A stretch of 40,267 nt of DNA from an uncultured Thermoleophilia bacterium (GCA_963715985.1 CAVQSP010000022.1:1-40267); one strand, 5' to 3'; positions 1 to 10,290 are shown, counted from the first letter of the stretch. Notes: generated from the letters alone by a model not told the origin. Numbers and translations: made by a program.

Positions 1-43
1 CATAATCCGCGTGTCGTAGGTTCGAGTCCTACCGCCGCTACCA
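1..43 (+). tRNA. 3' part of a CAT-anticodon tRNA (elongator Met or Ile2), truncated by the window edge (or an att copy)
   Basis: CAT-AA anticodon loop, T-arm GTAGG-TTCGAGT-CCTAC, acceptor strand ending ACCA. Anticodon stem lacks the three G-C pairs of initiator tRNA. Confidence 0.88.
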
Positions 44-92
44 CGCTTCTCCAGCCCTCTTCCCTCAGCCCTCCGCGCCGGTCGCGGCGCCA

Positions 93-113
93 GGTGTCAC
101 GCCAGGTGACGAT
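93..113. repeat. 21-bp direct repeat, copy 1 (candidate integrase arm-type site)
   Basis: GGTGTCACGCCAGGTGACGAT; matches 5185-5205 at 20/21. Confidence 0.6.
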
Positions 114-138
114 TCCGTGAGGGCGTTCATGCGTTCGG

Positions 139-429
139 TCATGAGCTGCTTCTCATCCATGCCCGGTGCACGGAGGTGCGTAGGGTGATACCGGCGTCGG
201 AATGGCCCATCGCCTCGGCTACCGCCTTGGGTGAGCCGCCGGCCGCCATCTGGATCCTGCCGAAGCTGTGACGCAGGTCGTGGAAGCGTGAGCCGCCTCG
301 CCGGCGACGCTGAGCCCTGACGCCGGCGTCGACGCATAGCGTGGCGCGGAAGCGGCCGTCTCGGAGACCGCCGCGCGCCCGGCAGCCCGGGCTTCGTGCT
401 TCTGTGACCGGCCCGCTCCGGGAGCCCAA
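139..429 (-). pseudogene. Tyrosine recombinase/integrase remnant
   Basis: RFHDLRHSF...VAEAMGHSDAGITLRTSVH matches the HxLRH and xGH boxes. The expected catalytic Tyr position is Ser, and the ORF is far too short. Adjacent to the tRNA 3' end. Confidence 0.8.
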
Positions 430-536
430 GAGGCGACGGGCGAAGAAGGAAGGCCCGGAAAGGGGCTATCGGGGCCCGGGTCGCGTGAGGAAGAGGTGGC
501 GGTCCCACGAAGCCCAGGAGGACGCTCGCACTCGCC

Positions 537-827
537 GTGCTCGTCCCTGACCTGCTTTCTGTCGCGTCGATCGTGGCCGCGTGGAGCAGGGAAGAGACGG
601 CGACCACTACGCCGACGGCGACCACCACTGCCGGTGGCCCGCCAGATACCGGCGCCATGGTGTTCAGGGGCAACCTTGATCGCACCGGGGTCTTTGCGAG
701 TGGTGGACCCAGCGAAGCAGGTGGACCTCTGTGGAAGTCCAAGACGGGCGATCACGTTGAATCCCCCCGGCCATCTCGGATCGGGTGGTCTCCTTCGGCA
801 GTGATGACTGCCATCTCTTCGGGGTGA
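537..827 (+). pseudogene. Fragment of an exported PQQ-like beta-propeller protein
   Basis: Hydrophobic N-terminus, Thr-rich linker, then FRGNLDRTG...PLWKSKTG resembling the start of PQQ/BamB-like repeat proteins. Terminates early. Confidence 0.45.
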
Positions 828-864
828 AGTAGATTCGGCCAACGCGGCGCTCGGCAGACAGACG

Positions 865-897
865 GGCCCGCCACCCGCGTGAGTAGCGGGCCTCTTG
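865..897 (+). terminator. Possible intrinsic terminator
   Basis: GGCCCGCCAC/GTAGCGGGCC stem followed by TCTT. Confidence 0.3.
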
Positions 898-1110
898 TGC
901 CCCCCGCACTGACAGTGCAGCACCTCAGCTGAACCCGCAGGGTTCCCTGGCCGGCGGCGGGTCGATCGACCTCCGGCCACGCTCCTGGCGGCGTGAGACG
1001 GCGCGTGGCAGGAAGGCCCCTCCCTGTCCGATAATGGCGGCACGGACGGCGGAGTCTTCTCGCGCGAGCCGCCGCGAAACGGAGGCCTGCCTGAAGGAAG
1101 GGATCGCGTG

Positions 1111-2760
1111 ATGGCCGAGTATTCAGTGAGCCCGAGTGGCGAGAAGGTTCCGCTCCCCGCGGAGGAAGACTACCCATCCGAGTTCCAACGCCTCGCGAGC
1201 CTGGCTGCGCAGCGCGCGTAGCGAAGGCATGGAGGTGGTGGTCGTCATGGGGCTGGGTTTCGTCGGCGCGGTGATGGCCGCCATCGTCGCCGATTCGACC
1301 GACGACCGAGGGCAGGCCGACGAAGTTCGTCATCGGCTGCCAGCGCCCCAGCACCCGCAGCTACTGGAAGATCGCGCTGCTCAACCGGGGCGTCTCCCCG
1401 ATCAAGGCGGAGGACCCTGAAGTGGACGCCATCATCGCGCGCTGCGTGCTCGAGAAGAAGACGCTCACCGCGACCTACAACAGCGACTGCCTGAAGCTCG
1501 CCGACTGCGTGGTCGTGGACGTGCAGTGCGACTACGCCAAGCAGGAGCTCGGCAACATGCGCAGCGGCCAGACCGACATGGCTGCGCTGGAGGCGACCCT
1601 GCAGGACGATCGGCGAGAGGATCCCGGAGCACTGCCTGGTGCTGATCGAGACGACCGTCGCGCCCGGGACGACCGAGTTCGTCGCCTGGCCGATCCTCAA
1701 GAAGGCGTTCGCCGCCCGCGGCATCTGCAGCGCACGCCCTTGCTGGCCCACAGCTTCGAGCGCGTGATGCCGGGCCGGGACTACGTCGCCAGCATCCGCG
1801 ATTTCTGGCGCGTGTGCAGCGGCTGCAATGAGGAGGCCCGCGCGCGCGTCGAGAAGTTCCTCAGCGAAGTGCTCAACACCGAGAAGTTCCCGCTCACGGT
1901 CATGGACCGACCGATCGAGTCCGAGACCACGAAGATCGTCGAGAACTCCTACCGCGCGACGATCCTCGCCTTCCTCAACGAGTGGAGCATCTTCGCAGAG
2001 CGCAACGGCGTCGACCTGCTGAAGGTGATCGAGGCGATCAAGATGCGCCCGACGCACAGCAACATGATCTTCCCCGGGCCCGGCATCGGCGGGTATTGCC
2101 TGCCCAAGGATGGAGGCCTGGGCTACTGGGCCTACAAGCACATCCTGGGCTTCGAGGACGGCGACCAGGTGTTCCGCATGAGCACGGCGGCGATCGACAT
2201 CAACGACACGCGCGCGCTCCACGTCGCGACGTTGACGCGCGACGCGCTCCGCAACATGGGGCGCAGCATCGCCGGCGCCGAGGTGCTGATCTGCGGCGCG
2301 AGCTACCGCCAGGACGTCGGCGACACGCGCTACAGCGGCTCCGAGATCATCGTCCGCAAGCTCACGGAGATGGGCGCCGAGATGCGCGTTCACGACCCCT
2401 ACGTCGAGCACTGGTACGAGTTCGAGAAGCAGGACACGTACCCGGCGCCGGGGCACTCCTGGTCGCGCTTCTTCCGCAACCAGGAGCACCTGACGGAGCT
2501 GCGCGTGCAGAAGGACCTTGCCGCGGCGCTGCAGGGCGCCGAGGCGGTGATCCTGGCGGTACCACACGCGCCGTATCTCGAACTCGTCGCCGGACGATGT
2601 CGTCGCCTGGGCGGGCAGACCCGTCGCCGTGGTCGACTGCTTCGGGATCCTCAGCGACGATGAGATCAGGCGGTACTTCGAGCTTGGCTGCGAGGTCAAG
2701 GGGCTCGGGCGCGGGCACATCCAGCGGATCAAGGAGGAGGTGCGCTCCGAGATACAGTAG
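1111..2760 (+). CDS. Nucleotide-sugar dehydrogenase (UDP-glucose/GDP-mannose/UDP-ManNAc dehydrogenase family), several frameshifts
   Basis: VVVMGLGFVG Rossmann motif, ERVMPG, KIVENSYRA, PGPGIGGYCLPKD catalytic motif and DTRYS, spread over several frames. Confidence 0.88.
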
Positions 2761-2831
2761 GTAGTCACGGTGTCTGCCTCTCAGGCCGTGTGGAGGCCTC
2801 ACGGTCGGCCGATGCGCCGGCCATACGAAGC

Positions 2832-2861
2832 GGCCCCGGCGGTGCAGGCACCGCCGGGGCC
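2832..2861. terminator. GC-rich hairpin, likely terminator
   Basis: GGCCCCGGCGGTGC / GCACCGCCGGGGCC inverted repeat downstream of the dehydrogenase. Confidence 0.6.
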
Positions 2862-3133
2862 ATCGGCGAGGAAGGGGCGAGCCTCCCTCACTTCACACTA
2901 TCGAATGAACACGTTTCATAGACAAGAGGGCCATTCGTCTAGCCCCTGGTCCAGATAGCGAGAAGCGATCGGCGGTGCCTGCAAGGGAGCGACCCGGGGG
3001 CACCCCGGGCCGCAGGAGCAATCGGGACCGGCCGCAGTGGCTCTGCACGGTTGGGCCGACCACTCAACAGCGGCGCCGTCACGAGTCAACGTTGAGGGGC
3101 CGGAGGCGCCAGGACGGTGCAACGGCGCGACTC

Positions 3134-3499
3134 ATGGACGCCGTTCGCGCGCGGGTCCAGAATGCAGGGACAATGGCCGCGCCGGGGGACAACGGGAAGG
3201 CTCGCAAGGCCCACTTGCACCAGGTCGTCTGGCGGGCCGTCAGACCACCCGTGCTGCTGTCGCTTGTACAGGTGCGCGAGAGCGGCCTTCCGGCCTTCTT
3301 CTTCGATTTCGGCGAATCGCTGGTCTACTGGGACGACGAGCTCTTCGACATCCACGACTGGGGCGACGCCCTGCAGACCGGGGTCGATCCGATGGCGCTT
3401 CCGCCTGCCGTCCTCGAGCACGCCATCGGCATCGAGCACGGCTGGCGGCACGCAAACGCCTGCACGTGTAGCCTCTGTCGCCGGCGACCCGGTCACTAG
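3134..3499 (+). CDS. Hypothetical protein with C-terminal HxxxCxCxxC motif (start may be 3173)
   Basis: Protein-like aromatic/acidic composition (AFFFDFGESLVYWDDELFDIHDWG); ends WRHANACTCSLC. Confidence 0.6.
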   Translation: MDAVRARVQNAGTMAAPGDNGKARKAHLHQVVWRAVRPPVLLSLVQVRESGLPAFFFDFGESLVYWDDELFDIHDWGDALQTGVDPMALPPAVLEHAIGIEHGWRHANACTCSLCRRRPGH

Positions 3500-5157
3500 C
3501 CTCAATCTTTCACGAGTGCTCTCGGCCTCTCCCCTGAGGGCCCTTGTCTGGCCCTGTCACACGCTGACGCCCGCAGGCCAGCAGCGCCGCGCCCGTGGCG
3601 CCGGCCTCTCGGCGCCCGCAGCGGTCTGCGGCAGGGTCTGCTGCCCGCTTGAGGGCATGCTGCAGCCAGCCTCTCGGACGACCTGCGTCTGCCCCGGCGG
3701 CCGACCGACGTCAACCTGAAGGCAAGGCTTGCAGGCGCGCGAAGGCACTCGCCAAGGCCCGCGCCCACGGCCAGGAGCGCGGCAGGCGCAGGCGCACGCG
3801 CCGCGCGTGACGCACGATCCTGCCGGCGACATGCAGGAGGCGGTACCTGAGGCGCTTGGGCTCGCAGGCCGCGAGATCCGTGCCGGAGAGCAGCAGGCGC
3901 TTCGCCCAGGCGAGCAGGTCGCAGCCCATGAGCACCAGCTCCAGCCAGGCGGCGTTCATGGCCTGCAGGCGCGGAAGGGCAGGTTGCGCAAGCCGCTCGC
4001 TTTGGCGCAGCGGATCGCGTCCTCGATCGCGGCGCGCTGGCGGTGCACCTGCTCGAGGCGCGCGATGCGGCTGCCCTGCTGGTTCGTGAGCATGACCTGG
4101 AAGCGGTGGCCGCCGGCATCAGAGAAGGTGAGCTGCGCCCCCGGGTGGGGACGCTCGCGGCGGCAGAGGGCGCGCGTGCCCTGCGGCCAGGCCGCAAGGC
4201 CCACGGGCAGCTCGGCCACCCAGGCGCCCTCACGCCGATCGCCGCCTGAGTCGAGGGCCGGGCTCCAGGCGCTCTCGGGGAGGGCGAGGATGGTCGCGCG
4301 CAGGCGCTCCGAGAGGTCGCAGCCCACGGAGAAGGAGAGCCCCTTGGCGACCACTGCCTCGAGGAAGGCGTGCGTGGCCCCGCGCCGAGTCGCAGCGCAC
4401 CAGGGTGCCGCGGCCGGCGGCGCCCTCCGGCAGCTGGGCGAGCGCCAGCCTCGAGCACCGCGACGTGGTCGGCGGCGGTGTTGGCGCCGGCGTTACCGGG
4501 GCGCAGGATGCCGGCGAGCGCCTCACCGGTGGTCGCCTCGCAGCAGAGCAGCGGGTGGAAGCCGAAGCCGCCCTTGTAGTTGCCCGCGGCGCCTTCCTTC
4601 TCGGAGTGCGCGGTGAGCAGCGTGGCGTCGATGTCGAGGATCACGCGGCGGGGCGCCTGCCCGAGGCCCCAGGCGCGAGCACGTGCCGCGGCGCGGGCCT
4701 CCCGGATCCCGGCGAGCGCGGCCTCGTCGAGGCGCTCCACGCAGCGGTAGGCGGTGGCGTCCGAGGCGACCGGCCCGAAGAGCACCTCCTGGTCACGCAG
4801 GGCGCCGAGGTCGCTGAGGCAGTCGCCGCCGTCGGCGAGCATCACGGCAAGGTCGCGCACCACGCGTCCGGGTTCGTGACGCACCTTGCGGGAGTGGCAC
4901 TGCAGAACCGTGGTCAGGCCCTGCGTGAGGCCCAGCGTGTCGCAGAGCCCGCTGAGCAGGGCGGTGCCTGCGCGCGAGGTCAGGTCAGGCCCCGAGGCGC
5001 TCACTTCAACGCGGGGCAGCGGCGTGGTAGCGTTCACCTGCACGGTGATCCTCCTGAGCGGGGTCTGCGGGTCTCATCAACACGCATTATCCCTGCTCGG
5101 GGGGATCTTTAATAGCCCGGTCGGCAGCGCTTCAAGGGCGCTCGTGAAGGATCCGGG
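3500..5157 (-). mobile_element. IS1380-family insertion sequence (1658 bp)
   Basis: Imperfect terminal inverted repeats CCTCAATCTTTCACGAGTGCTCT (from 3500) and CCCGGATCCTTCACGAGCGCCCT (reverse strand from 5157). Flanks are CTAG and CTGAG. Encloses a transposase. Confidence 0.88.
3711..5043 (-). CDS. IS1380-family DDE transposase (frameshifted)
   Basis: ILDIDAT, HSEKEGAAGNYKGGFGFHPL, LRPGNAGANTAADH, LVRCDS, HRQRAAIEDAIR and EPKRLRYRLLHVAGRI across frames. Confidence 0.9.
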
Positions 5158-5184
5158 CTGAGACCGGGCCGTCACGCGAACGCG

Positions 5185-5205
5185 GGTGTCCCGCCAGGTG
5201 ACGAT
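5185..5205. repeat. 21-bp direct repeat, copy 2
   Basis: GGTGTCCCGCCAGGTGACGAT; matches 93-113. Confidence 0.6.
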
Positions 5206-5375
5206 CCATTGTCACCCCATGCGTCTGTGCCGCAAGGGCGTCGGGAGAAATGGCCTTGAGCAGTGAAAAGCCCCGACGCGTGACGTAGCGTGAAGCCTCC
5301 TCTGGCAATCATGAACCCACATCGCCGTCTGCCCTTGCGGACGGCGTAACGCGTGGGCTCAGCCGCGGGCGCCGG

Positions 5376-5543
5376 CTACTGCAGCGCGAGGAAATGGATG
5401 AGGAAGCCGACGATGCCGACGATGATGGCCGCGATCAGCAGGAAGCCCCAGACGAGCATCAGGCGATAGAGGAGAGCCTCCCACCGCGTGGCGGGTACGG
5501 CTGCCGGCCGCGCGGGCTCCGGGCCGTGTGGCTGCTCGTCCAT
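5376..5543 (-). CDS. Small membrane protein (55 aa)
   Basis: MDEQPHG... followed by a long hydrophobic segment LMLVWGFLLIAAIIVGIVGFLIHFLAL. Confidence 0.6.
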   Translation of the reverse strand: MDEQPHGPEPARPAAVPATRWEALLYRLMLVWGFLLIAAIIVGIVGFLIHFLALQ

Positions 5544-5773
5544 CGCTCTCATGCTAGACCCGCGCCCGCAGTCGTCACAATCCACTGCCGACTGCGAACG
5601 GGCATCCGGTATACCCGGTATGGGACCCGACGTTCGACCCGACTAGCCTCGCGGTGACCCGGGTACCGTGTGCGACACGTGTACAGGTCGTGCGACGCGA
5701 AAGGGGGAGGCCCGTTTGCGCACGGTCCAGTGGACCATGAAGAGCAACCGTTCCGGCCCGGTGAGGAGAATCA

Positions 5774-6715
5774 ATGGCGAGCTACATCCTGTCTGACCCG
5801 AACATGAGCGACGGCACGCACCCCGAGGTCATCGAAGCGATCATGGACCAGCTGCGGGGGCGCGAGGGCATGAAGCTCATCGGCTACGAGCCCGACGCCG
5901 ACTTCGACCGCCTGCCCGCCGAGATCCTCGGCCGTCCCGAGGTGATGCGTGAGGCGCTGCTCGACATGGCCGGCAAGGCCTACGAGCTCATCGACATGGA
6001 GCAGCAGCACGGCCGTCACCCGCGCGTCGGCGCCGTGGACACGATCGAGGTGTATCCGGCCAAGGGCATCACGATCGACGAGGTCCGCGAGTTCTGTGAG
6101 GACCTCGGCCAGGAGCTCTACAAGCGCTACGAGGTCCCCATCTACTTCACCGGCAAGAACGCCCGCCGCCCGGAGAACTCGGGCCTCACCTTCATCCGCA
6201 AGGGCAACTACGAGGGCCTCAAGGAGGCCGTGCTCGTGGACCCGGACCGGGCGCCGGACATCGGGCCGGCGAGGCTCCATCCCACCGCCGGGGCGACCAT
6301 CGTCGGCGCCCTCGAGGAGCACGACGCGTACTTCAACGTGGTCCTCGACACCGACGACCTCGAGATCGCCCGGCATCTGGCCCGGTGCATCCGCAACACC
6401 ACCGGCGGCTTCACGAACGTCCAGGGCACCATCGGCCTGCCGCAGACGCACCGCCGCACCGGCAAGAAGGTCGTCGAAGTGTCCATCGAGATCAGCAACC
6501 CGCGGCAGACGCCCATCCACCGCGTGTTCAACCTGGTCCGCGATGAGGCCGCGCGCTTCGGCGTCAACGTGATCGCGGGGCAGATCTGCGGCACCATCGG
6601 CGCCGAGGTCCTCGTGCAGACTGCGGAGTGGTATCTCAAGCTCGAGGCCATCAACGGCCCCTGGGACTACAAGTCGCAGATCCTCGAGAACCACCTGCTC
6701 GAGCTCGAGGGCTGA
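5774..6715 (+). CDS. ftcD: Glutamate formiminotransferase family protein (divergent)
   Basis: PNMSDG, IDMEQQHGRHPRVGAVD, IRKGNYEGL, PDIGP..LHPTAGATIVGA, QILEN; RBS GAGGAG. Confidence 0.85.
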   Translation: MASYILSDPNMSDGTHPEVIEAIMDQLRGREGMKLIGYEPDADFDRLPAEILGRPEVMREALLDMAGKAYELIDMEQQHGRHPRVGAVDTIEVYPAKGITIDEVREFCEDLGQELYKRYEVPIYFTGKNARRPENSGLTFIRKGNYEGLKEAVLVDPDRAPDIGPARLHPTAGATIVGALEEHDAYFNVVLDTDDLEIARHLARCIRNTTGGFTNVQGTIGLPQTHRRTGKKVVEVSIEISNPRQTPIHRVFNLVRDEAARFGVNVIAGQICGTIGAEVLVQTAEWYLKLEAINGPWDYKSQILENHLLELEG

Positions 6716-6786
6716 AGGCCCAAGGCGGGCGCGGTCTTCGCGAGGGGGAAAGCGCCGGTCGCCACGCAATAGGGCCCACACGAAAG

Positions 6787-6816
6787 AGGGGCGGGGCGCA
6801 TTCGCGCCCCGCCCCT
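6787..6816. terminator. Bidirectional terminator hairpin between convergent genes
   Basis: Perfect 13-bp stem AGGGGCGGGGCGC-attc-GCGCCCCGCCCCT. Confidence 0.7.
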
Positions 6817-6871
6817 TCATCAGCACGTGCGGCGGGTGTGCAGCTCCCGTCCCCGTCGCCGACGACTCAGG

Positions 6872-7321
6872 TCAGGTCTTGAGCGGCTGGGGGCCTCTGT
6901 CGATCACGAGGCGCGCGGTGAAGACGGGCGCGCTCGCGTTGGTGAGGTCGGCGCGACCGATCAGGTGGACGCGGTCGCCCGGCGCGACGGCACTCAGGGC
7001 GATCTGCGCGGGGTCACCGCCCCCGACCTTGAGGATGATCGCCTCGGTGTGCACCGTGAAGGCGACGGCCTTGCCGCGGAAGTCCTTGAGCGCCCGGTTC
7101 CCCTTCTTGACCGTGGCGGTGATCGTGCTGCCCTGGGCGTTGACGGCAGTCACCACGGCGAAGCAGGTGAACGGGCGTGCCTTGACCTTGGGACCGGTGG
7201 GGTGCTTGGCCGCCGCCGGGCCCGCGATGGACAGCACGAGCAGCGTGGCGGCCGCAACGAGCACGAGCGTGCTCGCCAGCGGACGCCGGATCCTGCGTTT
7301 GGAACCGACCGGCTCGTTCAT
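6872..7321 (-). CDS. Secreted hypothetical protein (beta-rich)
   Basis: Basic N-terminus, hydrophobic signal and PAAA cleavage-like site; RBS GAGGA. Confidence 0.75.
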   Translation of the reverse strand: MNEPVGSKRRIRRPLASTLVLVAAATLLVLSIAGPAAAKHPTGPKVKARPFTCFAVVTAVNAQGSTITATVKKGNRALKDFRGKAVAFTVHTEAIILKVGGGDPAQIALSAVAPGDRVHLIGRADLTNASAPVFTARLVIDRGPQPLKT

Positions 7322-7381
7322 CGTCGTCTTCCTCTCTGTCGACACGGGGAACGTACCATCGTCAGGTGACGTCTCACAGTG

Positions 7382-7410
7382 AGAAACGGTTCTGCGTGCT
7401 CGTCCTTAGC
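7382..7410 (-). promoter_or_regulatory. Candidate ECF promoter GCTAAGG-N16-GTTTCT for the secreted protein gene
   Basis: Same bipartite motif as at 7533-7562 on the opposite strand. Confidence 0.5.
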
Positions 7411-7532
7411 GGTCTTTCCCGATTCGGCCTGCGGCAGGCGTGTGGCGGCCTCCGACAGTCGCCTCGCGGCGGATGCGACCCGGCCGCGTATCGGTTCTGT
7501 CCGTTCCTGTGGTGTGCGGTGTCTCTGCCGGT

Positions 7533-7562
7533 GCTAAGGTCTTGAGGTGCCGGCCGGTTTCT
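7533..7562 (+). promoter_or_regulatory. Candidate autoregulatory ECF promoter GCTAAGG-N17-GTTTCT
   Basis: Directly upstream of the ECF sigma gene; motif shared with 7382-7410. Confidence 0.5.
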
Positions 7563-7572
7563 TGAGGAGACG

Positions 7573-9482
7573 ATGGCAGTAGAACGAGACGATCCGCGCC
7601 TGGCCCGCGATGAATCCGGGCTTGCAGCGGCCGGCACCACCGACCGCCTGCACCGGCGTGACGACGCGCGGCTGGTGGAGGCGCTGCGGGCGGATCGGCC
7701 CGGCGCCTTCGCCGAGCTCGTGACGGACTACCAGAACGCCGTGTTCAGCCTGGCGCTGCGTCTCGTCCGCGACCGCGAGGACGCGCGCGACGTGACGCAG
7801 GACGTCTTCCTCAAGGCGTATCGGCGCATCCCTCATATGCAGGGCGAGCTGCACCTCTGGGCATGGCTGTACCGGGTGACGGTGAACACGTGCTGGGACC
7901 ATCTGCGGGCGGCAAGCCGGCGGCCGCTGCCGTCCGACGAGGCCGACATGCTCGCCGAGACCGGACCCGCGGACGACGGGGAGCGAGCCGAGCTCTCCCG
8001 GCTCTTTTCGCAGAGCCTCGCCGCGCTCTCGCCGCGCCAACAGGCGGCGCTCCTGCTCAAGGACGTCCACGGTCTGAACCACTCCGACATCGCAGACACA
8101 CTCGGCATCACCCGGGCGTCGTCCGAGATCCTGCTGTTCCGCGCCCGGCACTCCTTCAGGCGCGCGTACACTGCGCTGGTGGCCGAGGAGCCGGCGGCCG
8201 CGGTCTGTCGCGTCGCGGAGCACGCGGCCGCCGCGTCCGTGGGCGGGCGTCTGAGCGCCGCACAGCGTCGCAGGATCAGCGCTCACGCACGCACGTGCCC
8301 CGCGTGCCGCAAGGTCGTGGACGGCTGGCAGGGTCCGCAGGCCGTCGGGCTTGCCCTGGCGCTGCCGATGGTGGCCGCTCCGCATCTGTTCGGGGCGCAC
8401 GCCGGCGCGTCTGCGGCGGCCGGTGCCGGGCTGGCCGGCGCCGGGGCTTCCGTGGGGGCGGGCGCTTCAGCTGCGGCCGGCGTCTCTGCCGGCGCGGCGT
8501 CCGCAGGTGTGGGCGCGGCGTCCGCGAGTGTCGCCGCGCCGCTCGCTCGCGGGAGGCGTGTCGTCCGGCGCGGCGCTTGGCGCCGCAGGCGGCCTCGCCG
8601 CGAAGGTGGCCGGGCTGGGGCTCGCCAAGGTGGCCGTGCTCGCGGTGGCCGCCACGTCCGTGGCCACGGTGGGCGGCGTGGAGGCGTACCGCAGCGACGC
8701 CGCCCATCATCCGCCGCCGCGCACGCCGGTGGCGAGCGCGGTCCGCGGTGACGCACGGCGCTCTTCCGGCGCCGCACGCAACGGCGGACGCGCTGGAGGT
8801 CGTCGTCGCGGGCGTCGCCGGGACCGACGTCGCCGGGACCGTCGCGGTCGCTCAGGAGCAGTCAGGGTCGAAGCGCCAGCTTCCGAAATGGCTGCGCAAG
8901 CAGCTCAAGGCGGCCAGGGCTCGCCGCCGCCGCGGCCGCGGGCCGCGGGTCCCGGGGCGGCCGGTGGGCCGGCGTCGCAGGATGGGTGCGTGCGCCGGTC
9001 GGAGAGGGCGCGGCATCGCGGGCGCCCGCGGCTTCGGCATCGGTCTCCTGCCTGGCAGCGGGCCGTGGCGCACGCGCTCAGGGGCGGCAGCGAGCGGCGG
9101 CCCGAAAAGGGCGCGAAGGGACGATCTCGGGCGGGCGTGGGGGCCGGGCTGGTGGCCGCCGCGTCGAAGCCCGTCCGCGGCGCAGCCGGCGCGGCCAGGG
9201 TCCAGCCGGGGACGAGGCCAGTCAAGCCGGCGGCGGACGGCGAGCACGACGAAGGGGACCACCGCGACCGCGCACCTGGGCGTGAAGCCGCTCGAGGCCC
9301 GCGCACCTGGGCGTGAAGCCGCTGAGGCCCGTCACCTCGGCGCGACGCCGCTGAGGCCCGCTCACCCGCGCGTGAAGCCGGCCGGGCCCGCCGCGACGGG
9401 CAAGCCCGCGACGCCGGCGAAGCCCCCGAAGCCGGAGAAGCCGGAGAAGCCCGTCGAGCCGGAGGGATCGGCGGGAACCTGA
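7573..9482 (+). CDS. ECF sigma-70 factor with fused zf-HC2/ZAS domain, probable TM helix and low-complexity tail (frameshifted; 3' end uncertain)
   Basis: Region 2 DARDVTQDVFLKAY..WLYRVTVNTCWDHLR; region 4 LSPRQQAALLLKDVHGLNHSDIADTLG; HARTCPAC; AKVAVLAVAATSVATVGG in another frame. Confidence 0.8.
9268..9380 (+). repeat. ~30-bp coding tandem repeat, about 4 copies (AHLGVKPLRP-like)
   Basis: CCGCGCACCTGGGCGTGAAGCCGCT occurs twice, followed by two diverged copies. Confidence 0.7.
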
Positions 9483-9497
9483 CCGCGCAGGCGGCGC

Positions 9498-10221
9498 TCA
9501 GGCCCCTGGGCCTCCCGGCCCGCTGACCACGCTGCCCGGCCGTCTCCCCGCCGTCCATCACGATCACCGAGCCCGTGAAGTACGCGGCCTCGTCCGAGGC
9601 GAGGTAGGCGAAGAGGCCGGCGATCTCTTCGGGCGCAGCATGGCGGCCCAGGGGGATGCGGCTGTTGACGGCGGCCAGCATCTCCGGCGTGTACTCGGCC
9701 TCCTGCATCGGCGTGAGCACGTATCCTGGGCAGACGGCGTTGACGCGGACCGTAGGCGCCCACTCGAGGGCCAGCGACTTCGTCAGCGCGACGAGGCCGG
9801 CCTTTGTGGCGTTGTAGTCGGCGTAGTAGCGGTAGCCGACGAGGGCGTTGGTGGAGGCCGTGAAGATGATGACGCCGCCCGCACCCGCCAGCATGCGCCG
9901 GGCGGCGGCCTGCGCGACCCAGAACGCTCCGCTGAGGTTCGTGTCCACCACCTGCCGCCACTGCTCCGCGGTGATGTCCACGGCAGGGCTGCGCACGCTC
10001 ACGCCGGCGTTGTCGATGAGCACGTCCAGGCTGCCGATCTCCTCGAAGGCCCGCTCGACCTGGGCGTGGTCGGAGACGTCGCAGCGGACGACCCCAGGGC
10101 CCGGCGTGCGCGCGATGACGACCACGTCCGAGCCTTCGGCGCGGAAGCGCTCCGCCGTTGCGGCTCCGATGCCACTGGTGCCGCCGGTGACGACGACGCG
10201 TTTGCCGGCCAGTCCTCTCAT
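9498..10221 (-). CDS. SDR-family oxidoreductase (FabG-like); one indel near the 3' end
   Basis: TGGTSGIG, DNAG, YNATK, NAVCPG, TGSVIVMDGG. Confidence 0.9.
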
Positions 10222-10290
10222 TCCGCTCTCCTCGTCCTCATGGCTCGCGGCGGCAGCGCCTGCGCCGGCCGCAGCCTGTATCCTACCCGC

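Noticed and set aside
810-950. c-di-AMP (ydaO) riboswitch suggested by GGGGTGAA and GCTGAA
   Set aside because: The conserved elements are in the wrong order and the remaining motifs are missing.
2960-3070. SAM-IV or c-di-GMP-II riboswitch
   Set aside because: Only short partial resemblances; core motifs are absent.
8905-9497. C-terminal extension of the SDR
   Set aside because: Read-through caused by an indel; the natural stop is near 9498 and the extension is antisense to the sigma tail.
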